DNA of 64,000 nucleotides, from positions 282,162,001 to 282,226,000 of the forward strand of contig OZ024743.1 of the NCBI GenBank assembly GCA_964016885.1. The letters are read 5' to 3'. Below the pieces are notes generated by a model. That model made no database searches and was not told the DNA's origin. It was given only the letters and a program-made list of their open reading frames with translations. Source of the stretch: Eledone cirrhosa (Eukaryota). Each line of letters begins with the position of its first letter. Within the stretch, counting starts at the first letter, position 1. The position numbers and the translations under genes were made by a program. Shown here in pieces: positions 37,755 through 49,205 of this stretch.

Positions 37755-38695
37755 AATCATTGCCCATACATTGTTTTGGCTTAGTTTCTACAGCTGGCTG
37801 CCCTTCCTAACACTAACCACTTTACAGCATGTACTGAAAGTATTTATCATCATAACAGCACTACCATCATACAGGGAAGACGAGGTGCTTTTTGTTGTGA
37901 CACCAGCACTCCCACAGGGTAGATTGGATGCTTTTTATTGTGCCAGGGACCTAATCCAAAAGCTTGTAACAAAGTCAATTCTGACAGCAAAGTTATACTA
38001 GATGATGGGTTAAGATGGCCATTGTAGGATTCAAACTCAGAATGCAAAGAGATGGAACAAATATCACAAGACATCCTATCTGATGCACTAATAATTATGT
38101 CAGTCCACTGCCCTAGACAAGTTCTTTATTCATTGATCACCCCTACAAAAATAAAAACATAAAGTTCACCTAAGTGAGATTTGAATTCTGAATATAAGGA
38201 ACCAGACTAGATACCTCAAAACATTTCATCTAATCATCATCATCATCATTGTTTAGCATCAATTTTTCCGAGCTAGCAAGGGTTGAGTGGATTATCATAG
38301 ACCAAGTCAGTATTCAAGTGTATCTCAGATACATATGTTTACACACTCTATAAAGTGCATTTTATCATGGTACCAGCACTAGGATGGTTGTTATGCCTTT
38401 AATACAACTGAAGAGTCCTCCCAACACTTTGTTTGGCAGGTTTTCTATGACCAGATGCCCTTCCTATCACCAACCAATTTACAGAGTGTACTCAGTGCAT
38501 TTATCATGTAGATCAGCCATACTAGGGAGGTTAAAAGACATTTGTCCAAGTTGCTAGGCAGTGGAACTGAACCAGAAACCATGTTGTTGTAAAGCAAACT
38601 TCTTAACCACACAGCCATGACTATGCCTATTAAGTAAATTAGCATTATAAAACATGTATGACAATAACAAACATAGATAGAAACCCTTAACTTAC

Positions 38696-38836
38696 CTTGT
38701 ATCGTGAATAGTGTACCATGGGTGGAGTGACAAAGTGTACAAATGGTGCAAATCGATGAGAGTAACGGATTTCTTCATTATCAAATTCAAATTTTGATTT
38801 CTTCATGCGGCCATCCAACTGAAAACCCATCAAAGC
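38696..38836 (-). CDS. NAA35: NAA35 coding exon
   Basis: ttccccag|GCT...AAG|gtaagt; 141 nt; ALMGFQLDGRMKKSKFEFDNEEIRYSHRFAPFVHFVTPPMVHYSRYK with the conserved RY.HRFAPF...TPP motif. Confidence 0.95.
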
Positions 38837-39825
38837 CTGGGGAAAAATGGAAAACGAAAATTATACACGAGAAAATTGAGGGACAGATAGGAGAAGGGAT
38901 GTTTCAATATCTTTTTTACTTGCACATATTTTCAAAATAGAATTGGCTGGATGGTTTGAAGAAATTTAGATGATCTCATGATTGTGAAGATTAGGTCTTT
39001 GTAAAGCTGACCTTTTTATCCTTCAACATTCAACTGTGAAATTAGAGTGTAGTGTCTATTTTCAAGTGGACAAGGTGCATTGTGAAAAACAAGCAATTGT
39101 CTATGCATGCCAGTTTTCCTTCTCCACACCTCCAATGTTTCCCAAGGAAAAAACTAAAGCAGATACAGCTGAGTGGACTGGAAGCAATGTGAAATAAAGT
39201 GTCTAGCTCAAGGACACAAAATGCTGCCCTGAAATCAATTTCACAACCTTACGACTGTGAGCTGAACACTCTACCCACTAAACTATGCACCTATTCATTG
39301 GAATAAATAACATATTTAAAAATAGACGTTGGTGTCACAAAAGGCATCTGGCCATAGAATACTGCCTCAAAAAGTTTCATCCAACCCATGCCAGTATGGC
39401 AAAAGTGGACACAAAAATAATGATGATCATCATCAGAAATTTATTTGAATAATACTATGAGAAGAATGACAGAATCACATGCAGTTTTGGTTCGTCTCAA
39501 AAAAACAAAGATAATCATATTTCCTGAGTGTAATCTTTACAGTAGTAGCATTAAGGATTGGTAGGTTAAAGAAAGTTTGTTGGTGAGATTACAGATGATA
39601 CACACAGATATGTGTATATGTTGCAATTGATAACAGATGCATAAAAACAAGAGATGCTGGATTGCTTCTACATGTTGACCTCTCAACCTATCATAAATTA
39701 GGTTTCTCCCTCAAAAATAAATGTGCCCTGATTTTTATATGTGTTTATATTTTTATTGCAATCTTGATCCTACTCTCAAATATCTTAACCTCTGCCATAG
39801 CTTGAAAATGTGCTTAGTCTTACAT

Positions 39826-40760
39826 TGAGTGTGGGCTGAAAAATTCATAGACTGACAATGAAGAAGTGATGCTAGAGCTATGAAATCTTGCATGCATTAA
39901 TTTCAACTTGTCTTATTAATAAATGCATTGTTTCATTCCAATTAAACTGACATCTGACTGTTCAAAGAAAACTTCAAAGATAACTAGTAGTGACGTCTCT
40001 AGAAAAAGGACAAAATTTGGCATCATGGTGTTATGAAATACCTGCATGAAAAGGGTTTAGTCCCTAAGGTCATTCAAGCTGACATGATTGCTACAGTAAG
40101 TGATGACATTCCAGCTTTATCAACAGTGCTAAAGTGGTCAGCTGAATTTAAGAGGGGGAGCGAGAGTCTTGATGATGACATTAAGTCTGGACGTCCTGCA
40201 ACTGCCACCACTGAGGAAAACATTGATCGTGTTCACGATATGGTGATGGATGACCGGTGATTGGCTATAAATCTAACAGCCAATGCTATTAGAAAATCCC
40301 GAGAGAGATTTGAGAACATTCTGCACAATGAAATTAGTATGACGAAGGTTTCTAAGCGCACCAGGCTGATCACATCACAGTGATCACATCACAGGAAAAT
40401 TTGACATTGTTTGAGGCAGATCCAGCTGGTTTCCTTGAATGTTTCCTAACCTAGGATGGGTGTTGGGTTCATCACTTTGAGCCAAAAACAAAAAGACAAT
40501 CCATGCAGTGAAAACACCCCTCTTCTCCTGCTCCAAAGAAGGCCAAGGTCGTTTCATCTGCAGGGAATGTGATGACCTCAGTTTTTTTTTTATGCAAAAA
40601 GCATTGTGTTTATTGACTATCTTCCAAAGGGTGACATCATCAATGGAGAGTACTATGATAACTTTCTGACACAGTTACAAAATGCTATCAAGACTAAATG
40701 CCCAGGAAAACTGACAAAAAGTTCTTGTTTCATCAGGACAACACTCCAGCACACAAGTCC
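39826..40760 (+). mobile_element. degenerate mariner transposon
   Basis: HTH (LSTVLKWSAEFKRG...SGRP), WVHHFEPKTKRQSMQ, IDYLPKG..INGEYY; left-TIR-like gtgggctgaaaaattcatag. Confidence 0.85.
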
Positions 40761-41389
40761 TTGCTCATGCAGGACTGGTTTAGGCTTGGTTTCTATGGCT
40801 GGATGCCCTTCCTAATACCAACCACATTTACAGTGTGTGCTGGGAACTTTTTGTTGTGACACCTACATGACCACTTTACAGTGTGGACTGGGTGCTCATT
40901 GTCATGGCACAAAGATGACTACTTTAAAGTGTGGGTTGGTGACTTGGATGGGGGGGAATTTGGAAGATAGATCTAGGAGTAGAGTGAGAGGATGTGGGTG
41001 GGGTGATTACAATGTGGGAGGTGTATGGGAGTGATGGAAGGGAAAGTGGCACATACTAGATTATGCTTCAGCTCCTGCTTATGGGAAGGCAGGTTTTCTG
41101 TATTATCTGTATTACTACAAAGCACGGTTCTGTGTCATCACTTTTGAGAGATGCAATTGTACAAGGTCAGTTTTATCACCTCTTCCTAGGTCTTCCCACT
41201 ACAAAGCTTCCATCAACTTTGAGCGTCTCTACCTTTTCCTATAGCTGTCATCCTTCATACACATAACATGTCATATCAATACAATCTCCTCTCCTGCACA
41301 CATAGCAGATAGAAAAATTGGGAATTACTATGGGACAACCTACTGGAAGCAACAAGCTGATTCTATGGCAGACGCAAGATCCTGTCAAG

Positions 41390-42285
41390 ATGAGTGGTGA
41401 CGTGGTGGTGGAGTGACAAGGTAGAAATAGCCATTAAAACAAAAGGACAAGCTTGGAGAAAATGATGGAGGAGGGGGAAGAGACAGAAAGCAATACTAGA
41501 TAGCTAGAAGGGAGGCCAAGTGCTAAGTATATCTAGTGAAGGATGAAGCAAAAAAGAAGTTTATGACATGGTAGGATATGAACTAGTAAGATGCATAGTT
41601 AACCAAATAGTTCAGGATAGTGTCATACCCAACAACTGGTGCAGCAGTATTATCGTAAATTGCTACAAGGGCACAGGCAATACTCTAGATAGAAGTAACT
41701 ACAAAGGCTTGAAGCTGATGGACCAGGTCATGAAAAATACTGAAAGGGTTATAGTACAGCTAATTAGAGAAAGAATCAAGTTAGATGAGATACAGTTTGA
41801 ATTTATGCCAGGTAGGGGTACTACAGATGCCCTCTTTCTGGTGCAACAACAGGAGAGGTACTTAGCTAAGAGTGGTACTTATGGATCTGAGGAAGGCCTT
41901 TGACAGGGTCCCATAATCTATAATCTTATGGGTACTTAGGAAGCTAGGTGTAGATGAATGGCTTGTGAGGGCCATGTAGGCAATGTGTAGAGGAGCAACC
42001 AACAGAGTGAGAGTTTGAGAGTTGGCAATGAATACAATGATAAATTTGAAATGCAGGTGGGGGTCCACCAGGGCTCAGTCCTCAGCCCACTCCTGTTTAT
42101 TATTGTCCTTTAGGCCATAACTGAGGAGTTTAAAACTGGCACTACATGAGATCTCCTATATGCTGACCACCTAGTCCTCATAGCTGAATCTGAAGGAGAG
42201 TTAGAGGCAATATTTCAAGCATGGAAGAAGAACCTAGAGTTGAAAGGCCTAAAAGTAAATTTAGCAAAGACAAAAGTCCTAATAA
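41390..42285 (+). mobile_element. degenerate RTE RT fragment
   Basis: WCSSIIVNCYKG, MPGRGTTDA, GVHQGSVLSPLLF. Confidence 0.85.
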
Positions 42286-43152
42286 TGCACCTTCACATTA
42301 TCCAACTGTAAAAATAACCTACTCCATCAATTTATACACAAATGCAAACTTTTTAATAAATTATTGAACACCCATTACTAGCATACTACACACGTTAGAG
42401 CTTGCATTTATGTAGACCTTCTACAAGGCAGCATCTCATAGGAGGTTTCTCAGGTGTTTTAATGAGTCCTGTCATGAAAAGACTCACTCCTAGATTTTAT
42501 TGTTACCCCAATACTTGCAAAGTTGCCATGTCCTTGATGTGACTGAAGAGTTCTTTCAGCCTTTTGGGGCTTAGTTTCTACAGCTAGATACCCTTCATAA
42601 TGCTAACCACTTTACAGAGTATACTGAGTGTATTTTATCATGGCACCTACACAAGAAATGTCAAGTCATCAACATGGCTAGCGAGCCTTATGTTGTTACC
42701 TGGTGTATTTTATAGTAGTAGCAATACTAAGGAGGTTGCTTTTACTTATATGAGACAAAAGCATGCTAGTGTCATCATGATGTAGTACTGATGTCATGAC
42801 AACATACACCCATCACACTCTGTAAAGTACCCAGTCCACCCTGTAAGGCGGTAGTGTTGGTGTCACAACAAAAAGCACTTAGTCCACCATGTAAGGTGGT
42901 AAAACATTAAAAAGCATCCAGTCTACACTGTAAGGTGATACTGCTGGTGACATGAAAAAATGCTCCCAGTACGTGCGTTAAAGTGGTTGACATTAGGAAG
43001 GTCATTCAGTCATAGAAATCAAGTCTTAAATGGAATATATGAACAAGATATGGTCAACTGATTGGTCAAACCTCAGAATATGACAACTTGATTAACCCAT
43101 GCAATCATAGAAAATAGACATTAAACAGTGACGATGATGAAAAGTTACTTAC

Positions 43153-43271
43153 CTTATGATATCCTCCAAATAGTTGCTGATGTCCCTGATTTAATGTGAT
43201 TTCTCGGCTTAATGTTTTTGTTCGTTTCTTCTTTTTATTCTTTTTATTGTACCGTCCTTTAATCTGTTGAT
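43153..43271 (-). CDS. NAA35: NAA35 coding exon (lysine-rich segment)
   Basis: cttgtag|AT...AAG|gtaagt; 119 nt; [40 protein letters not shown] (cf. [27 protein letters not shown]). Confidence 0.93.
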
Positions 43272-43556
43272 CTACAAGACAAAACAAAATTGGGTTTTGC
43301 TTTGAAATGCCTCCTCAAATTAAACTAGACAAACACAAAAGTTGCTTTTTTTTACAATACACACATACATTATTTTATTCTGTTACTGGCTTCAGTTATT
43401 AAATTGCTGCTATGCTGGAACACCATATGGTTGTTCATGTTAACACATTTATTCTAGTCTGGTATTTATTTTATCGATCTCTTTTATGTTGAACACCTAA
43501 GTTATACAACACAGACATAAATGTAAACATAGACACTGACACATACATACACACAC

Positions 43557-43621
<65 letters not shown>

Positions 43622-43623
<2 letters not shown>

Positions 43624-44377
43624 AAGGCACTCCATCAGTTGCAACGAGTGTTCCAGTTGATCAGCGGAACAGCCTGCTCATAAAATGAATGTGCAAGTGG
43701 CAGAGCATTCCACAGACAAATGTACGCTTAACATAATTCTCAGGGAAATTCAGCGTGACACAAAATGACAAGGCTGGCCCTTCGAATTACAGTCACAACT
43801 CACTTTTGCCAGCTGAGTGGACTGGAGCAACATGAAATAAAGTCTCTTGCTCAAGGACACCACACACTGCTGGGATTCGAACTCACGACCTTACGATTGT
43901 GAGCCGAATACCTTAATCACGAAGCCATTTGCTTATATATATATATATATCATCATCATCATTTTACGTCCGCTTGCAAGGGTAGGACGGGAACTGATTC
44001 TGGCTTGATTTCTACAGCTGGATGTCCTTCCTAACACCAACCTCATTTACAGTGAGTGCTGGGTGCTTTTCTTTTGCCGTGGCACCTCCACGACCACTTT
44101 GAAGTGGAATGATATGGACCCCAGTCCTATCATCTCATTTCTACAGCTGAGTAAACTGGAACAATGTGAAATAAAGTGTCTTGTCCAAGGAAACAACACA
44201 TCACCCGGTCTGAGAATTATTTATTGTTATAAATTGAGATGGTCATGTTGCCAATAAAAATACATGCACCAGTTGAGTTTCACTTCGGTTTTTATATCAT
44301 CATCACCGTTTAGACAGGTTGTATATATATATATGAGCAACAAGACAAAGTCAGCCCAGTCAGCTGACCTTGTCTTG

Positions 44378-44461
<84 letters not shown>

Positions 44462-44815
44462 TATGTCATCATCATCATCATCATTTCATTTTATGTCCGC
44501 TTTTCCCTGCTTGCAAGGGTGGGACGGGAACTGATTCTGGTTTGATTTCTACAGCTGGATGCCCTTCCTAACACCAACCTCATTTACAGTGAGTGCTGGG
44601 TGCTTTTTTTTCCGTGGCACCTACACGACCACTTCGCAGTGGAATGATAGGGACCCCAGTCCCTATCATCTCATTTCTACAGCTGAGTAAACTGGAGTAA
44701 TGTGAAATAAAGTATCTTGCTCAAGGAAACAACACATCACCCGGTCTGAGAATTGAACTCACAACCTTTCGATTGCAAGACCAATGCTTTAACCACTAAG
44801 CCATGTGCCTCCATA
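43622..44815 (-). mobile_element. cluster of tRNA/CORE-like SINEs (43622-43935, 43950-44215, 44467-44815)
   Basis: B-box GTTCGAATC/GTTCAATTC, CORE-like ccttgagcaaga.acttt, RTE-like 3' tails. Confidence 0.8.
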
Positions 44816-44836
44816 TGTATATATATATATATATAT

Positions 44837-47232
44837 CATCATCATCACCGTTTTACGTCCGTTCTTCCACGCTAGCATGGGTTAGACGGGTTGTCCTGTT
44901 GTGGGCAGTGTCTGGTCGGCTGACCATGCCTTGCTCATACAGGAACTGATTTGGCTTGATTTCTACAGCTGGATGCCCTTCCTAACACCAACCTCATTTA
45001 CAGTGCGTGCTAGGAGGTCGGGTACTCTGTATTACTGCGTGACGCCAGAGGTCACGGTCGTGTGTCATCGCCTTTGAGAGGTGTAATTGGGTAAGGTCGG
45101 CTTTTATCACCTCATCCCAGGTCATCTTGGGTCTCCCCACTCCGCGGTTTCCATCGACTTCTAGTGCTCTGCACCTTTTTATGCAGCTGTCATCCTTCAT
45201 GCGCATCACATGTCCATACCAACGCAACCGCCTCTCCTGCACACAGCATTTGATTCCTCTTATGCTCAGTCTCTCTCTCAATTCATTTATGCTTTGTCGT
45301 TCGCGTATATTACTATTACACATCCATCGGAGCATGCAGGCTTCGTTTCTCTCTAATCTACGTAAGTCTTCCACCTTCAGCGCCCAGGTCTCACTACCAT
45401 GCAACATCGCTGTTCGGATACACGCATCATACAGTCTGCCTTTCATTTTGAGGGAGAAGCCTTTTGCAGCTAGCAGTGGTAGTAGTTCACTATACTTCTT
45501 CCATCCCGTTCTTACCCTAGTTATTGTACTTTCTGAACACCCACCTCCGCTGCTAATTCGGTCACCTAGGTAGCAGAAACTGTCTACTGTTTCTACAGAG
45601 CCCTCCCAGAGATTGGTGGTACTTGTTTCCTGTGGCTGTTTGCTGCTTGCTTTCCCAGCACAGCTGCTGCATGTGAAGCTTACATTCTTAATTAAGCTTC
45701 CTGAGATCCCGCTACATCTCTTGTGTACCCATTGTTTGCATTTGGGGCAGAGAATGGAGTTCCTACCTACACCTTTCCTACATACTGAGCAAAGCCATTT
45801 CCCTGAGGGGATCTGGGTTCTGTCTTCTCGTCTACTTACAAGGACCTTAGTCTTTGTCATGTTGACTTTGAGACCCTTTCTTTCTAGTCACTGCTTCCAA
45901 GTTTGGAATTTCTTCTCTAGTTCTACCATAGATTCAGCTATAAGTGCGAGGTCATCAGCATACAGGAGTTCCCATGGGCATCCAGTCTTAAACTCGTCCG
46001 TTATTGCCTGCAGGACTATGATGAACAGGAGGGGGCTAAGAACAGAGCCCTGGTGGACCTCAACCTGTACGCTAAATTCCTCGCTATAATCATTGCTAAT
46101 CCTAACTTTGCTGACTGCTCCCCTATACATGGCTTGTACCGCTTTCACAAGCCATTCATCTACTCCTAGTTTTCTAAGAGCCCACCAGATTACAGCACGT
46201 GGAACTCTGTCAAAGGCTTTCTCAAGATCGACGAATGCCAGGTAGAATGGTTTACTTTTAGCTAGGTACTTTTCCTGTAACTGCCTCACAAGGAAGAGGG
46301 CATCAGTGGTGCCTCTTCCTGGTACAAACCCAAATTGCATCTCATCTAGTTTCACCCGGTCCCTAATCAACTGTGCTATAACTCTTTCTGTTACTTTCAT
46401 GACCTGGTCCATCAGCTTTATACCTCTATAGTTTCCTCTATCTAGTGCATCACCTTTACTCTTGTAGCAGTTTACAATGATGCTACTGCACCAATCTTTT
46501 GGTATGACACCTTCTAGTATTACCTGGTTAACAATACGTGTGGTTATAGTGTGACCTACAGACCCAGATGCCTTCAGCATCTCGGCAGCTATACCCGATG
46601 GACCGGTTGCCTTCCCCATCTTCATATCTTTGATTGCCTTACTTACTACGCTGCTGCTGACTTGTACTGCTGGCCCCGCTATAGGGTCTACTTGGGGTAG
46701 GGTCTCTTCTTCCCATGCATTCTCCTCATTTAGTAATCTATCATAATGACTCTTCCATGCATCTTTCTTCTCAGCACTTGTGAAGGCAAGCTCACCTTTA
46801 TCATTCCGGATACACTTCTCTCCAATGACATCACAATTCTCTCTGACACACTGCCTCGCAATCTTGAACACCTCCTGTTTCTGGTCCTCACGTTGCAAAA
46901 CATGCTTGAATTTTCTATCCTCTGCTTCCCTCCTAGCTAAGTATACTTGTCGCCTAGCTTCCCTCTTGGTCTCTATGTAATGTACCCTGCTTCCCCTGTT
47001 CTTCCATTCTTTCCATGCCTGTCTCTTGGCCTTAACTGCCTCATCTACCTTATTGTTCCACCACCAAGTCACTCTCCTCCTGCTTGTGGTCTTACTCCAG
47101 CTACAGACCTCATCCGTCGCCTCTAGTAAGTTATTTTTTAGGAACTCCCAGTGCTCTTCTACATTGAATGTCTCTATCTGTTCTTCTTTACTGTCGTAGG
47201 CGTTGAGTAAAATATCTTTAAATCTGTTACTG
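44837..47232 (-). mobile_element. 5'-truncated RTE LINE, well preserved (one stop between ORFs 45888-47072 and 44994-45860)
   Basis: NYRGIKL, QFGF, FVDLEKAFD, HQGSVLSPLLF, YADD, C4HC3 finger, RRLRWYGH. Confidence 0.95.
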
Positions 47233-47350
47233 GTTGATGATGATGATATATATGTATATATATATATATATATATATGTGATAATTCTTAGCCATTTTTT
47301 AATTTATTTCTGGCGGGGATCACGTAGAAATTTTAGTCCAGACTCGAGGT

Positions 47351-47435
47351 GTCTCTTGATAAGTTCAAGCCTCGTGGATAAATCCAGGATCAGATATATC
47401 CGCATAAAAGGAATGAAACTGCCGGCAGTCGGGAC
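47351..47435 (+). ncRNA. type I hammerhead ribozyme, U3-A8 variant with long stem II, antisense within an NAA35 intron
   Basis: GTCTC-TTGATAA-GTTC...GAAT-GAAA-CTGCCGGCAG-TC-GGGAC; palindromic stem III; GUC site at 47430. Confidence 0.75.
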
Positions 47436-47897
47436 TAGAGGAATTTTGGTAAAGTTTATATGCATTTTTTCTTCTAACTTCTATTTTAGACCTAACTCCG
47501 TTTAGTTGGTTATTTGTCTAGTCATTTTCTACGGGCTAAAAGGAATTACTAGATAAATTTTATCTGGCTGTCCCTCGCAGAAGCTAGTCTGTATCATTTG
47601 TCTATTATTTCTTCATAGTTACATTTTAAACTTATAGCCTCGTTTAAATGATTATTTATGTGGTTGATTTCTATGGACTAGGGAGAGGAAGGACTGTATA
47701 TATTTTATCTAATAATTCTTCAAACTTGCAATTTTACATATGAGCAAGACAAGGTCAACTGACCGGGCTGATCTTGTCTTGCTCATATATATAGACAGCC
47801 TGTCTAAACGGTGATGACGATAGAAAAACCGAAGTGAAACTCAACTGGTGCATGTGTTTTTATTGGCAACATGACCATCTCAATTTATAACAATATT

Positions 47898-48338
47898 GTG
47901 AAGGCACATAGCTTAGTGGTTAGATAATTTGAATTGCAATCGAAAGGTTGTGAGTTCAAATCTTGGACTGGGTGATGTGTTGTTTCCTTGAGCAAGACAC
48001 TTTATTTCACATTGCTCCAGTTTACTAAGTTGTAGAAATGAGATGATAGGACTGGGGTCCCTATCATTCCACTCCAAAGTGGTCGTGGAGGTGCCACGGC
48101 AATAAAGCACCTAGCCCACACTGTAAAGTGGACGTGTAGGCGCCCCGGAAAGAATGCACCCAGCACTCACTGTAAATGAGGGTGGTGTTAGGAAGGTCAT
48201 CCAGCTGTAGAAATCAAGCCAGAATCAGTTCCCATATGAGCAAGACAAGGTCAGCCGACCGGACACTGCCCACATCAGGACAACCCGTCTAACCTATGCT
48301 AGCGTGGAAGGACGGACATAAAACAGTGATGATGATGA

Positions 48339-48341
<3 letters not shown>
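47898..48341 (+). mobile_element. tRNA/CORE-like SINE with RTE tail (copies at 56198-56540 and 63727-64000)
   Basis: ggcacatagcttagtggttag...gagttcaa, ccttgagcaagacactt, tail ggtgttaggaagg.catccagctgtagaaa...gatgatgat. Confidence 0.85.
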
Positions 48342-48374
<33 letters not shown>

Positions 48375-48477
48375 TTAGGTTTGTTGGTTCACCACTGGAT
48401 AGAATTGGTCATTCCGTAGGGTCAATCTTGATGTAATATTATGGAGAATACTCAACGTACTCTCCATAATATTACTC

Positions 48478-49205
48478 AATGCTACCTATTGCACCTGAGC
48501 ATCGGCCACATATAAAGTCTACGTTCAGAGATAGTTTACCTGTGATCCCACTACATCTTTTATGTACCTATACTTTGCATTTGGGACATAAAATTGAATT
48601 TCTGCCTACTCCTTTCCTACACACTGAGCATGGACATTTCCCTGAGGGTACCTGTGCCTTATTTTCCTTTCTACAAACTAGGACTTTAGTCTTAGACAAG
48701 TTAATTTTAAGGCCTTTTGATTCTAGGCCATGCTTCCATGTTTGGAATTTCTTCTCTAGTTCAGCCATTGATTCAGCTATGAGCATTAGGTCATCTGCGT
48801 ATAGGAGTTCCCATGGGCAGCCGGTCTTGAACTCCTCTGTTATAGCCTGAAGGGCAATAATAAATAGTAGGGGGCTAAGGACAGAGCCTTGGTGAACACC
48901 AACTTTTACACTAAATTCTTCACAATATTCATTGTTAATTCTAACCTTACTGACTGTTTCATTATACATAGCTTGTATAGCTCTCACAAGCCATTCATCT
49001 ACACCTAGTTTTCTAAGAGCCCACCAGATAATGGAGCGGGGGACTCTGTCAAAGGCTTTCTCTAGGTCTACAAAAGCTCAGTAGAGGGGTTTACTTTTAG
49101 CTAGGTACTTCTCGTAGTTGTCGTATAAAGAAAAGAGCGTCTGTGGTACTTTTACCTGACACAAACCCAAACTGCATTTCATCTAGATCAATTCGCTCTC
49201 TGATT
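48478..49205 (-). mobile_element. RTE LINE, downstream half of a copy split by a nested insertion
   Basis: RT coding sequence breaks at ...ctctcTGATT and resumes at 53688. Confidence 0.85.
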
